A DNA stretch of 64,000 bases from Deltaproteobacteria bacterium. Its GTDB lineage: Bacteria > Desulfobacterota > BSN033 > WVXP01. The notes under the pieces were generated by a model, which was not told the DNA's origin, did not search any database, and was given only the letters and a program-made list of their open reading frames with translations. This document shows, one piece after another, positions 27,780 to 37,372 of this stretch. Each line of letters begins with the position of its first letter. Within the stretch, counting starts at the first letter, position 1. Both the position numbers and the translations under genes were made by a program. The stretch lies in contig JAFDHF010000015.1 in NCBI GenBank assembly GCA_019308905.1, forward strand, positions 4,978-68,977, written 5' to 3'.

Positions 27780-28199
27780 TCACTCTCCGATGATCTTGAC
27801 CAGCACTCGTTTTCTTCTGCCCCCGTCGAACTCGCCGTAGAAAATCTGTTCCCACGGTCCGAGATCGAGCCTCCCGTCCGTCACAGCCACCACAACCTCC
27901 CGTCCCATAATCTGACGCTTGAGGTGGGCATCGCCGTTATCCTCACCGCTCCGATTGTGCCGGTACCGCGAGGTGGGCTCATGGGGGGCCAGTTCTTCCA
28001 GCCATCGGTCGTAGTCGTGAATCAACCCGCTTTCCGCATCGTTGATGTATACAGAGGCGGTAATGTGCATCGCATTGACCAAACAGAGCCCATCTCTTAC
28101 ACCGCTTTTCTCAACGATCTTTTCCACCTTTGAGGTTATGTTGACGTAATCCCTCCTCGATGGAGTGTTGAACCACAGCTCTTCTCTCCAGGATTTCAT
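27780..28199 (-). CDS. YjbQ/UPF0047 family protein (secondary thiamine-phosphate synthase-like)
   Basis: About 139 aa starting [12 protein letters not shown], with the characteristic [23 protein letters not shown] and [20 protein letters not shown] motifs. The listed 172-aa ORF has an N-terminal extension that is unlikely to be translated. Confidence 0.7.
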   Translation of the reverse strand: MKSWREELWFNTPSRRDYVNITSKVEKIVEKSGVRDGLCLVNAMHITASVYINDAESGLIHDYDRWLEELAPHEPTSRYRHNRSGEDNGDAHLKRQIMGREVVVAVTDGRLDLGPWEQIFYGEFDGGRRKRVLVKIIGE

Positions 28200-28316
28200 C
28201 CTTCTCACCTCCTCTGCATTGATCCGCTCTTCCCGGTTCCATGAGATGATCCCGATGGTCAGGCATGGGCAAGGCGGATCGAAGACGGAAAGGAGCAAGA
28301 ACCGGATACCTTCACA

Positions 28317-29174
28317 CTAGTTGTCGAGAAACTTCCTGGCGAGGGCAGCCTCTTCTGTATCTGGGCGGAGTTCGACAAACCTCTTCCAGTGCGGCCTGGC
28401 TCGCATCTTGAGCTGCAATTTCTCATAGACAAGTGCCAGGTTGAAGTGGGCATCGGCAAAGAGGGGATCCGCGGAAAGGGCCTTTTCATAGTAGGAGACA
28501 GCCGGAAGCAGACTCCCCTCTTCTTCGAGGAGGTTGCCCAAATTGAAATTCGCCGCCACGTGGCCGGGATCGAGAAGGATCGCTTTCTGGTAACACTCCT
28601 TGGCCTTTTGGCTCTCTCCTTGATGGTAGTAAATGTTGCCGAGATTGGTCAGGGCATCGGGGAAATCGGGCCGAATCTCGAGAGCCTTCCTGTACGCTTC
28701 GATCGCCCGGTCCAGGGTTCCGGCAGACGAATCAAGGCTGCATCCCCTTTCGAACCAATGGCGTGGGCCCAAGCCGCGGGGGAAGGGCTTTATCTGCGGA
28801 CCACCTCTCTGATCCTGGTGACAGAAATCCAAGAGCATCTGTCCATCCGGCTCAAAGGTGACCCCTCTCTGGCTCACCACCAGTCCCCCCTTTCCATCGG
28901 GTCGAATCCTCAGGTGGGCAAGGGGTCGCTTTACAGAGGGGAGAATCCTTTCCAGGTTCTTCAGACCGGAGGTCACCCTCTTCAGAGAGATCCCCTCATC
29001 CAAAAGCTCCTTGGCTGTTCTGAAACAGACCAGATCCATAAAAGTATAGCAGTCGCGTCCGTTTCCGGCTCGGCCGCTCGGCCGGATAAGCCCGATCTTT
29101 TTCCAATAGCGAATCCTTCCCTGCTTGAGCCCGGTGAGTCTCTCGATGTCTCTTGTGCTGAAAAGCCTTTCCAT
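28317..29174 (-). CDS. MerR-family HTH regulator fused to a C-terminal TPR-repeat domain
   Basis: N-terminal MerR HTH (FSTRDIERLTGLKQGRIRYWKKIGLIRP) and at least 3 C-terminal TPR repeats (AIEAYRKALEIRPDFPDALTNLGNIYY..., AKECYQKAILLDPGHVAANFNLGNLL..., AVSYYEKALSADPLFADAHFNLALVY). Confidence 0.65.
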   Translation of the reverse strand: MERLFSTRDIERLTGLKQGRIRYWKKIGLIRPSGRAGNGRDCYTFMDLVCFRTAKELLDEGISLKRVTSGLKNLERILPSVKRPLAHLRIRPDGKGGLVVSQRGVTFEPDGQMLLDFCHQDQRGGPQIKPFPRGLGPRHWFERGCSLDSSAGTLDRAIEAYRKALEIRPDFPDALTNLGNIYYHQGESQKAKECYQKAILLDPGHVAANFNLGNLLEEEGSLLPAVSYYEKALSADPLFADAHFNLALVYEKLQLKMRARPHWKRFVELRPDTEEAALARKFLDN

Positions 29175-29468
29175 TCTCTGCCAGCCCCCTTCTCCGCCAT
29201 CCTATCCAGGAGTAGAGTATCACAGTCTCTCTCTCTGTCAAGACACCCTTCCCTTGCAAGAAATCCACCGAAAGAGGCACCAGGACATAATCGCAACCAG
29301 GCTTTCCAAATCGTCCTCCATGCCTCAGGCCGCCCGGTTCTCCAGGCCCGAAAAGAGACCGGCACACCTCTCCCCAGGAATACGTTCCCAGGGGGAAGGA
29401 GGCGACACCGCCCGAGGTCCGGCCCCCTGGAAACTTTGGCAGGGAAATTGCTTTTGTCTGGGTCTGCT

Positions 29469-29843
29469 ATGGCAGACAAACCGTACCAAGGGTCCGGCGA
29501 AAGGCGGCGACACCCCCGCTACGGCTTTTGCGTCCATGTCAACTACCGGAACGTGAATGCGGTCTTTTCAGCGGTGACACGGAACGTGAGCAGAGGAGGG
29601 TGTTTCATCCAGACCGACTCGCTTCTGCCAGAGGGAACACCAATCTGGTTGGAATTCTCTTTCACTGGAATCCCGGTCAAGCTAGGCAACATCCAGGGAA
29701 GGGTCGCATGGTCGACTCGGCCCGGAGACCCGAGTCAGGGCATGGGAATCGAATACGAAAACGTCCCGGATGTAGTCGAAGACCTCATGACCGAGTTCAT
29801 CGACTACGTCAAGAGGAACTCCCACAAAGCCGAGGCATCCTGA
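29469..29843 (+). CDS. PilZ-domain c-di-GMP binding protein (stand-alone)
   Basis: 124-aa protein with RRRHPR (RxxxR) and NVSRGG (D/NxSxGG) PilZ motifs. Only the 3' third of the listed 484-aa ORF is a credible gene; ATG 29469. Confidence 0.75.
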   Translation: MADKPYQGSGERRRHPRYGFCVHVNYRNVNAVFSAVTRNVSRGGCFIQTDSLLPEGTPIWLEFSFTGIPVKLGNIQGRVAWSTRPGDPSQGMGIEYENVPDVVEDLMTEFIDYVKRNSHKAEAS

Positions 29844-29883
29844 CACGATCGGGTCCCCGGCCGTGCTTTCGGGGCCCACTGCG

Positions 29884-30390
29884 TCACTCGTCGGTTTCAC
29901 GCCCAAGAAGGGGGAGAAGGGCTTGCTTCTGCCTGCGGGTCCCGGCCGGCCCCTGACTGTTTCGCCTCGTCAGTGCCAGTATCTCCGGTCTCGTACGGTT
30001 CTTGAAGAGATCGTAGTGGGTGCTGTAGTCTTCCAGTCCTGAGAGAAAGCCCCGGGCGACCAGAATCCTTTCGATGACCTGTTTGACCAGAAACCGGTGG
30101 CAGGGATATTCCTTTTCTTCCCCGACGAGCCAGACGTCCTTTCGGGCCGCCAACTCGGCAATCTCTGCGATAAGAGAGTTCGCCGCCTTGCTCTCCCTCA
30201 GCTCCTGGTAGTATCTCTCCACATAGACCTTCCACACGATTCTCCCGCTATTCCAGTCCTCCAGAAGCTCCCTGCTGGGCGCAAGAGGACTTACGCTTCC
30301 CTTCTCCTCTTCCAGCCGAGAGATATCGAATACCGTATCTCCCGGAGAGACTGCGTCTTTTACCGCTGCAAGGTAGGTTTCCCTGATCAC
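29884..30390 (-). CDS. DUF488-family protein
   Basis: 168-aa protein with the DUF488 hallmark DVWLVGEEKEYPCHR. Confidence 0.6.
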   Translation of the reverse strand: MIRETYLAAVKDAVSPGDTVFDISRLEEEKGSVSPLAPSRELLEDWNSGRIVWKVYVERYYQELRESKAANSLIAEIAELAARKDVWLVGEEKEYPCHRFLVKQVIERILVARGFLSGLEDYSTHYDLFKNRTRPEILALTRRNSQGPAGTRRQKQALLPLLGRETDE

Positions 30391-30705
30391 GGCACAAAAG
30401 CCTCCCCGGATTCCGTCCCCAGGTCGTCCCTCCCGAACCGGAGAGGAACAAGCAACGCCCGAGCCTACGCCCCCCGGCCGCCCTTTCAGATCCTCTCCCC
30501 GCGAAGGAGCGTAGAGCTCAAACCCTTCCGACAGATCCTGACTATATTATATGGCACAGACCGGGAGTGGTTTCAATCACCGGTGGCCGCCGGTGTCACG
30601 TGGCCGCAAACCTAATGGGCAGCGCCGAACTTGACAAAGAGGGAGAAAGATCCATAAACTTGAAGGCGGCAACAGGGATCTATCTCGACTCCAGCGGAGC
30701 CATTC

Positions 30706-31695
30706 ATGACCGATACAGAGAAAGCCCGGGAGGGACGGACAGAGGAGTGTTACTCGCCTTTTGAAACGTCCGAGAACTTCAAGGCCCGTCTTCCTCGAAT
30801 CGTCAGAGGGATCGTCGAAAGCTGTCAGGAGGAGGATACGATCGACCACATCGCTGCTGTGGCCATCCCGGACAAGTGGTCTGTAATCGAACTGATCGAC
30901 GACATAAGAGACCTCCTCTACCCGGGATACTTCGGCAACCAGGAAATCGATCGCGACTACCTCCCCTATCACATCGGAAGTGAACTGAACAGGATATTCG
31001 AAAAACTCTCCCACCAGATCGCCAGGGCCATCCGGCACGAGTGTCATAGAACCGACCTCATCTGTACCCATTGCCTGAACAGGAGTCAGGCTGAAGCTCT
31101 GCTGTTTCTGGAGAAGATCCCTGCTCTCAGGAAGACCCTTGCGAAGGATGTGAGGGCCGCCTACAACGGAGATCCTGCTGCGAAGAGCCTCGACGAAATC
31201 GTATTCAGCTATCCTGCTATCATGGCGATTACCACCTACCGAATCGCCCATGAACTCTATGTCCAGTCCATTCCTCTTCTTCCCAGGATCATGACCGAAT
31301 ACGCCCACAGCGTCACCGGAATCGACATCCACCCCGGGGCCGTCATCGGAGAACACTTCTTCATCGATCACGGCACCGGTGTAGTCATCGGAGAAACCAC
31401 CGAAATCGGCAACAACGTGCGGATCTACCAGGGAGTGACTCTCGGAGCCCACGGCTTCTTGAAAGAGCCGGACGGTTCCCTCAAGCGGGGATACAAGCGG
31501 CACCCCACCATTGAGGACAACGTCATCATCTATTCAGGGGCGACGATCCTTGGAGGCGATACGGTCATCGGAGCCGGATCGATCATCGGTGGAAACGTCT
31601 GGCTCACAAGTTCCGTCCCTCCGGGAAGTCATGTAACGATCGTAGAGCCCCAGCTCAAGATCATGACATGGGAGAAAGAAGAGATTGATCGCTAA
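30706..31695 (+). CDS. cysE: Serine O-acetyltransferase (CysE), long form with N-terminal extension
   Basis: SATase N-domain plus left-handed beta-helix hexapeptide repeats ([43 protein letters not shown]). Confidence 0.8.
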   Translation: MTDTEKAREGRTEECYSPFETSENFKARLPRIVRGIVESCQEEDTIDHIAAVAIPDKWSVIELIDDIRDLLYPGYFGNQEIDRDYLPYHIGSELNRIFEKLSHQIARAIRHECHRTDLICTHCLNRSQAEALLFLEKIPALRKTLAKDVRAAYNGDPAAKSLDEIVFSYPAIMAITTYRIAHELYVQSIPLLPRIMTEYAHSVTGIDIHPGAVIGEHFFIDHGTGVVIGETTEIGNNVRIYQGVTLGAHGFLKEPDGSLKRGYKRHPTIEDNVIIYSGATILGGDTVIGAGSIIGGNVWLTSSVPPGSHVTIVEPQLKIMTWEKEEIDR

Positions 31696-32269
31696 GGCGG
31701 CAACGAGATATCCCGTCCTCACGCTCCTGCTCACTATTCTTTCAGGGTACGGTACGGGCCTCTGCCAGGACGTCATCGTGAGCCATCCGGTTGTCAACGT
31801 ACGAAGCGGCCCCGGCACAGGGTACGAAATCGTGGCAAGGGTGAAGCAGGGGGATCGTTTCCCTGTCCTGAAGGTCAAGGGTCTCTGGGTCCAGGTGGAA
31901 ATCGGAAAGGAGACCCTCGAACGGGTCAGGATCCACAAAACCAAGGGAGGTGTGGATTCCGGCGTGAGCGAGACCTGGATCTTCAGAAATCTCCTCAAAT
32001 TCGTAGGTAAGCCACCCGATTTCGAGGAGAGGCAGATTGAATTCCAAAACTGGGCCCTCGATGAGATCCCGGTCACCTATATCGAGTTCAAGTCCGATTG
32101 GCAGATCTGGGTCCGCCTCCCGCCTGACAAATACGCCTCCAAGGAACGCGTCCGGAGAATCGCCCGAAAGATGGCTCAGGAGTATAAGAAGCAGACGGGA
32201 TTCATGGAGCGGAAGGTGGTCGTGAAGGTTCTGAAACGAGACAGGATCTACGCAACCGCATCGGATTGA
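31685..32269 (+). CDS. Secreted protein with bacterial SH3-like domain
   Basis: Signal peptide and an SH3b-like segment ([36 protein letters not shown]). Confidence 0.5.
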   Translation: MIAKAATRYPVLTLLLTILSGYGTGLCQDVIVSHPVVNVRSGPGTGYEIVARVKQGDRFPVLKVKGLWVQVEIGKETLERVRIHKTKGGVDSGVSETWIFRNLLKFVGKPPDFEERQIEFQNWALDEIPVTYIEFKSDWQIWVRLPPDKYASKERVRRIARKMAQEYKKQTGFMERKVVVKVLKRDRIYATASD

Positions 32270-32302
32270 CAACCCAGAATACGAAAACAGAGCCGAATCG
32301 CG

Positions 32303-32788
32303 TCATGCAGGTCGGCCTGATGGTTTTTCCTCTCGAGAGCTTTCCTGCTGAGAGCTAAGAATCGCGTACTCGAATCCGTCGATCAGGGCCAGAAAGGAGG
32401 CCTTGTTGATATTCTCAGAAAATGCTGTCACCCGCCAGACTTCCCTGGTATCGCTGAATATGATCTCCACCTCCACCTTGGCTGCAGTACCCGTCTTGGA
32501 ATCAAAAATCCGTGACTTGTAATCAACGAGTCTGACCCGTTTGATGACCGGGAATATGCTCTTCAGCGATTTCTTCAGGACCTTAGCCAGAGCGTCAACC
32601 GGTCCTACGCCCGTGTCTGCTTCATGCATCTCCCTTCCCCGGGCTCGCAGCATCACGGTGGCCTCAGGGCAGTCCCCCGTGTCGATCAATCGATACCGGT
32701 CGATGATCTCGAAAGGAGGGGTGTAGCCCCTCTTGGACCTCAGAATGTTGAGTGTTTCCGTGGCATTCTTGATGTCGAGATTGATCAC
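32303..32788 (-). CDS. Stand-alone LeuA-allosteric (dimerisation/regulatory) domain-like protein
   Basis: 161-aa protein whose core (GTGVGPVDALAKVLKK...) resembles the C-terminal regulatory domain of 2-isopropylmalate/citramalate synthases. Confidence 0.45.
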   Translation of the reverse strand: MINLDIKNATETLNILRSKRGYTPPFEIIDRYRLIDTGDCPEATVMLRARGREMHEADTGVGPVDALAKVLKKSLKSIFPVIKRVRLVDYKSRIFDSKTGTAAKVEVEIIFSDTREVWRVTAFSENINKASFLALIDGFEYAILSSQQESSREEKPSGRPA

Positions 32789-32811
32789 GGCAAAGCTCCC
32801 GATGATAAGAG

Positions 32812-33387
32812 CTATTCCTTATCTCCCGGACCGCCCCCGCCCGGGTGGAGTGCACCAGCCACTGCGTCCCTCAGAGACGGATCAGGGGGGATCCCCAGAC
32901 GCTCCAACCGATCCAGATGGTCCCACGCCCTGTGGTACATTCTGGCAAGGTAGTATGCCAGCGCCAGGTTGTGGTGGGCCAGCCCGTAAGCTGGATCGAG
33001 CTTCACAGCCTCTTCGAGTTCATGAATCGCAGCGCTCAGCCGGCCCTGCCGCATGTAGATGTTCCCCAGGTTCATGTGAGCAGCCGCATCCCCTGGATTG
33101 ATCTCTATGGCTCTTGTATACGCCTCAGCTGCCTCTTGAAGCTGACCTTGGCCCAGATAGAGGATCCCCATATTGTAGTATGCATCGCCGTAATCCGGAT
33201 AGATGCGCACGGCCTTCTTCAAGAGTGAGAGAGCCTCTTCGGACCTCCCCTCTTTGCTGAGAGAAACGCCTTCTTTGTAATAGCCCACGGCCTCTTCAGA
33301 CGGCCCCAGATGACCGCTAGGGTGCGTGCCGGCGCACCCGAACAGCAGTCCCACACACAGGATCGTCAGCGCCCTTCTTATCTCCAT
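32812..33387 (-). CDS. TPR-repeat lipoprotein
   Basis: Start reassigned to ATG at complement 33387, which has a GGAGG RBS. Lipobox LLFGC, followed by 4 TPR repeats. Confidence 0.6.
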   Translation of the reverse strand: MEIRRALTILCVGLLFGCAGTHPSGHLGPSEEAVGYYKEGVSLSKEGRSEEALSLLKKAVRIYPDYGDAYYNMGILYLGQGQLQEAAEAYTRAIEINPGDAAAHMNLGNIYMRQGRLSAAIHELEEAVKLDPAYGLAHHNLALAYYLARMYHRAWDHLDRLERLGIPPDPSLRDAVAGALHPGGGGPGDKE

Positions 33388-33494
33388 CCCGCCTTTCTTG
33401 CCTCCCCATGAGCAGTGACTGGCTCTTTGCATATCCGATGCCATGTCTCCGCATCCATCAGGGGGAAAACCCGCAGATCCCGCTCCACCACCTG

Positions 33495-34412
33495 TCATGA
33501 GGCCCCGGGCCCTCTGGTGATGAAAATATCCGATATTCCCATCCTCTTCAGATCATCGGCGTAGCTCTGAGCTTCCTGGCGGGAAGAGAACCCACCTACC
33601 GACACCCGGTACCACCTGCCCTTCTGAGGTAGATCGACTTCCCAGTCGAAGGCATGGATGCCCTTCTTGTTAAGTTCCCTGACATAGCGCAGCGCGCTCT
33701 CTCTCTTTCTGAAAGAGGCTATGTTGATGGTGAAGGTACCTTCCGGCTTGGCCGCCTCCGGTGGGCCGGTCTCCTGTCTCACGCTGGCGACAACCGGTTT
33801 CTTTGGCTCGGACGGGAGGGCTTCGGTCTCCCCCGGGACCGGCTCCTCGGTGGAGATGCCGACACCCGGCTCTGCCTGCACAGAGGAGGAGAGGCTCGAT
33901 TCGGTCTCTCCCTGGCTCAATGATTCCGTTCCTTCCTCCTCCAGTCGAGCTCCAACGGGTTCGCCCTCAAGAGCCACATCCGTCTCGGCAATGGGCTCGC
34001 TCTTCTCGATCGTCGCGACTCCTCCTGATGGCTCCCTCTCCTTCCTGACCACCATGAAGGCCACAAGGGCAACAACCACAACCACGATGATGCTCGCCAG
34101 CATGGCGAATCGTGACGACCTTATCCAGCCTCTCTCTTCACGTTCGCCTTCTGGTTCCTCTCCCCCGGGCTCCTCCGGCTCCCCCAACTCCTCGATCCCT
34201 GCAGACCCCTCCTGGCCGGGCTCCAGGCCCCTGGAACCCTCCCCCGAGAGGTCGCCCGTTGTCTCCTTGGGACTCGGTGTCTCTTTCACCGGTATTTGAA
34301 CCACCCGCCCGCAGGCCGGGCACTGGCCCTCCATGCCGGCCTGCTCATCCGAGGCCATCAACACCCGGCCGCATTCACATCGAAATCTGATGGTCATTTC
34401 TATCCTCCTCAA
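33495..34412 (-). CDS. Zinc-ribbon / TM / SPOR-domain protein (septal peptidoglycan-binding, cell-division associated)
   Basis: N-terminal CxxC...CxxC zinc ribbon (CECG...CPACG), one TM helix, an acidic/Pro-rich linker and a C-terminal SPOR domain (FTINIASFRKRESALRYVRELNKKGIHAF...YRVSVGGFSSRQEAQSYADDLK). Confidence 0.7.
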   Translation of the reverse strand: MRRIEMTIRFRCECGRVLMASDEQAGMEGQCPACGRVVQIPVKETPSPKETTGDLSGEGSRGLEPGQEGSAGIEELGEPEEPGGEEPEGEREERGWIRSSRFAMLASIIVVVVVALVAFMVVRKEREPSGGVATIEKSEPIAETDVALEGEPVGARLEEEGTESLSQGETESSLSSSVQAEPGVGISTEEPVPGETEALPSEPKKPVVASVRQETGPPEAAKPEGTFTINIASFRKRESALRYVRELNKKGIHAFDWEVDLPQKGRWYRVSVGGFSSRQEAQSYADDLKRMGISDIFITRGPGAS

Positions 34413-34900
34413 AACCCCCCGAAATCGGCTCGCCGTCCATACCTTTCAGCCCAATATTAGCAAATTGCCTTGGCAAGTCAAGCCATTTTCAGGCGCTCCA
34501 GACACGGGCCAACCAACCGCTTCATTTCCAGCAATGGAGAAGCCCGGGGGAATCAACGGCGAATTTTCAAAATCCTCATTCTCAGCCGCCTCGAAACCAC
34601 TCTCATTGCACCGCGATTCGGATGCGGAACGTCTGGAGGAATCAAACGAAAAATGCGAATCCAGCCGAAAGTTCGTCGGAGATCAGTGTCTTTATCACCT
34701 TGGAGAGATAGAAATCAGCTGTAAGACAAAGTTTCGTCGCGGCATTCGCTGATATTGGAAAAAACAAAACGCTCTGGCATCCGTTCTTGTCACGTCCGGC
34801 GGAAGATAAGCCCATATCGCCATCCACTGGAGTTGACAATATATTATTTTTGATCAAATATATAAAATCGTCAAATAATCTAGAATGGATAGTGTCTCGA

Positions 34901-35629
34901 ATGCATCCCGATTTAGGCCGTCTCAATGTTCTAACCATAAATGAAACAGTCTACAAGGAACTGCTGAACGCCATTGTCTCGGCTAAACTGCCTCCGGGAG
35001 CGCAGATCACGACAACCCAGCTGGCCGAGCAATTTGGAGTGAGCCTAATGCCCGTTCGTGAAGCCTTGAAGAAGCTGCAGGCCGGCGGGTTTGTTTCTGT
35101 CCGCAAAAACCGACGAATCATGATAAATGAGCTTTCCGTAGCCGATCTGAGCGAACTCCTCGAGATTCGTCTGAAATTGGAGGGCATGGCAGCCACGAAG
35201 GCGGTCAAAAATTGCCCAGACGAAACAATAAGAGAACTTGAACAACTCATGGAAGGAGTGAAATCGGCAAAGAGCCCGGAAGAGTTCCTGGAAAAAAACA
35301 AACTTTTTCACCACACAATATATCAAAAGGCAAACATGCCGCTCCTTCAAGAGATCATTAACTCTCTCTGGAGAAGACTCAGCCCATATCTTCACATCTA
35401 TGTATCGGAAATGCCGAACTACAAGACCCTCAAAATTCATTACCATGAAGGAATATTGCAGGGTATGCGTGAAAGGGATCCGAAAAAGGTGACCAAGTGG
35501 CTCACACTTGACCTGAAGAAAGCTGCAGAACTTATCACCGATGTGCTTCGAGCCAAAGAAAAAAGTGCAGGCAAAACGGAGTTAGGACTTACAGATTTCA
35601 ACTCCCAAAGGGGGGAGGCCGAAAAATGA
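34901..35629 (+). CDS. GntR-family regulator (FadR/FCD subfamily); first gene of the lower-GC island
   Basis: wHTH (LPPGAQITTTQLAEQFGVSLMPVREALKKLQAGGFV) plus an FCD domain. Start moved to ATG 34901, because the listed TTG-started ORF adds about 38 aa unlikely to be translated. AT-rich promoter region upstream. Confidence 0.75.
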   Translation: MHPDLGRLNVLTINETVYKELLNAIVSAKLPPGAQITTTQLAEQFGVSLMPVREALKKLQAGGFVSVRKNRRIMINELSVADLSELLEIRLKLEGMAATKAVKNCPDETIRELEQLMEGVKSAKSPEEFLEKNKLFHHTIYQKANMPLLQEIINSLWRRLSPYLHIYVSEMPNYKTLKIHYHEGILQGMRERDPKKVTKWLTLDLKKAAELITDVLRAKEKSAGKTELGLTDFNSQRGEAEK

Positions 35630-36366
35630 TAAAAGAGATATCTTTTTTCGATTTTTCAAAGACGATACCCTATGAAGAAACCGATAGGTGGTTTTTTGAG
35701 CAGCACTCTCGATTGGCCAAGAAGCTGCCCCATCTGATCAAGTATGTGAGTTACCGAGCCCTCTATCTCCCTGAGAACGATTTCTTCCCTGCCCCTCAGT
35801 TTCAGCGTATGGAGGAGCTCTGGTGGCCGGATAGGAAATCTTTCGAAATAGCTCAGGCCTCTGACGAGAGAAGAGACCTGGCTGAAGACGTGAATGACCC
35901 AAAAAGGGGACCACGGATAGTCAATTTGAGGCGTGCCGTGCTCGAGAAAGAGATAAACGTACTGCATCCCGAAATGACCGGGAATTTTCAGATGACCATG
36001 AATGAGCTCAACGGGAAGCCGCATGTGAAGACTCTTTGGGCTTTTAACTACCTAAATGAGTTGGGCCTGGAGAAAGGTGAAGATTGGTATTTGAACCATC
36101 ATACCCTCGTTGCGGCCAGAAACTTCAACCTCGTGCGGTATGTTACCTGCACCCCGGCCGATGGCCTCGGATTAGATCACGGGTTCGTCCGTTTCACAGA
36201 ACTGTGCTGGCGAGATTGGGAAGCGACCCTAAATGATTTTGAATCTCCCAGAGGACGGGAAGTCCTGGAGGACAACAAGAACGAGAGGGGTATCTGGAGG
36301 TTGATAACCAAAACGGCTCTTCTAGGATACCCTCATGTCGTTGGCAACGAAGCGGTCTTTATTTGA
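35626..36366 (+). CDS. Tandem EthD-like (dimeric alpha/beta-barrel) domain protein, function unknown
   Basis: Two half-repeats, each with an EthD-like signature (ETDRWFFEQHSRLAKKLPHLIKY and GEDWYLNHHTLVAARNFNLVRY). ATGA overlap with the GntR gene. Confidence 0.45.
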   Translation: MIKEISFFDFSKTIPYEETDRWFFEQHSRLAKKLPHLIKYVSYRALYLPENDFFPAPQFQRMEELWWPDRKSFEIAQASDERRDLAEDVNDPKRGPRIVNLRRAVLEKEINVLHPEMTGNFQMTMNELNGKPHVKTLWAFNYLNELGLEKGEDWYLNHHTLVAARNFNLVRYVTCTPADGLGLDHGFVRFTELCWRDWEATLNDFESPRGREVLEDNKNERGIWRLITKTALLGYPHVVGNEAVFI

Positions 36367-36407
36367 AAAGGCTATAGGCCACTCCGGCAAACGAACAGGA
36401 GAAAGAG

Positions 36408-37307
36408 ATGGAGCGCGGCAATACCCGGCGATACGGTAAAGAACGGACACGTGGAAGGGAAAGCCTTATCAAAGTGGCGGCTATTCAAATGGAGCCACAT
36501 ATCGGGGACAAGGAATACAATATTCAAAAACAACTTGACCTTATCGAAAAGGCTGCAAAACAGGGTGCCCGCCTGATGGTTCTTCCCGAACTGGGAAACA
36601 CCGGCTACATATTCAACACCCGGGATGAGGTCAGCGAACTCGCCGAAGAGGTTCCCGACGGCCCCAGCTCTCACGCTTGGATCAAGGCATGCAAGGAGTT
36701 GGGCGTTTACATCTGTGCCGGTATTGCCGAACGTGAAGGCGGAAAATTTTACAACAGTGCTGCCCTCGTCGGGCCGGACGGTTTCATCGGCAAGTATCGA
36801 AAGCTCCATCTCTGGGACGAGGAAAAACTCTTTTTTGAACCAGGAGATCTGGGTATACCCGTTTTTCATCTTCCCTTTGGTCGTGTCGGGATCATGATCT
36901 GTTACGACGGGTGGCATCCGGAAGTCGCCCGCATCTTGGCGTTGCAAGGAGCTGACATTATCTGTGATCCAACATGCTGGGTTTTGGTTCCAGATATCGT
37001 AACCCCGGAAAACCCCGTCTCAGCGTACGTTCATATGGCCAGTGCCCACGTCAACGGGGTTTTCATGATCTGTGCAGACCGTTGCGGGACGGAACGTGAC
37101 TGTGTGTTCCTGGGGAACAGTTGCATTGCGGGGCCCGCCGGCTTTGTCTCCGGTCCTGCCGGTTTTGAAAAGGAGGAGGTTATCGTCGCAGAGATCAACG
37201 TCGTACAGGCCCGTTACCGGCACTGGACCAGTCTGGCAAGTCCGCTGGCCGACCGACGCACGGACGTCTACGATAGCCTCCTAGGTTACCGGCCCGCGGG
37301 AAAATAG
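36408..37307 (+). CDS. Carbon-nitrogen hydrolase (nitrilase superfamily) amidase/nitrilase
   Basis: Catalytic triad context E (VLPELG), K (YRKLHLW) and C (MICYDGW). AGGAGA RBS before ATG 36408. Confidence 0.8.
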   Translation: MERGNTRRYGKERTRGRESLIKVAAIQMEPHIGDKEYNIQKQLDLIEKAAKQGARLMVLPELGNTGYIFNTRDEVSELAEEVPDGPSSHAWIKACKELGVYICAGIAEREGGKFYNSAALVGPDGFIGKYRKLHLWDEEKLFFEPGDLGIPVFHLPFGRVGIMICYDGWHPEVARILALQGADIICDPTCWVLVPDIVTPENPVSAYVHMASAHVNGVFMICADRCGTERDCVFLGNSCIAGPAGFVSGPAGFEKEEVIVAEINVVQARYRHWTSLASPLADRRTDVYDSLLGYRPAGK

Positions 37308-37372
37308 GAATCTAGCCGCCCTCATTTGGAAGACACAAGAGATTCCAACCAAGATGAGGTGAATAATAAACA

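Noticed and set aside
28389-29468. N-terminal 360 aa of the listed 484-aa plus-strand ORF
   Set aside because: It is antisense to the MerR-TPR gene and has no domain similarity. Only the C-terminal PilZ domain, from ATG 29469, is credible.
30400-30705. Possible riboswitch or T-box in the 315-bp leader of cysE
   Set aside because: No SAM or T-box conserved motifs are recognisable. Only a promoter-like TTGACA-17-ATAAAC was seen.
34455-34475. Sigma-54 promoter (TTGGCAAGTCAAGCC)
   Set aside because: The GG-to-GC spacing does not fit the -24/-12 consensus on either strand.
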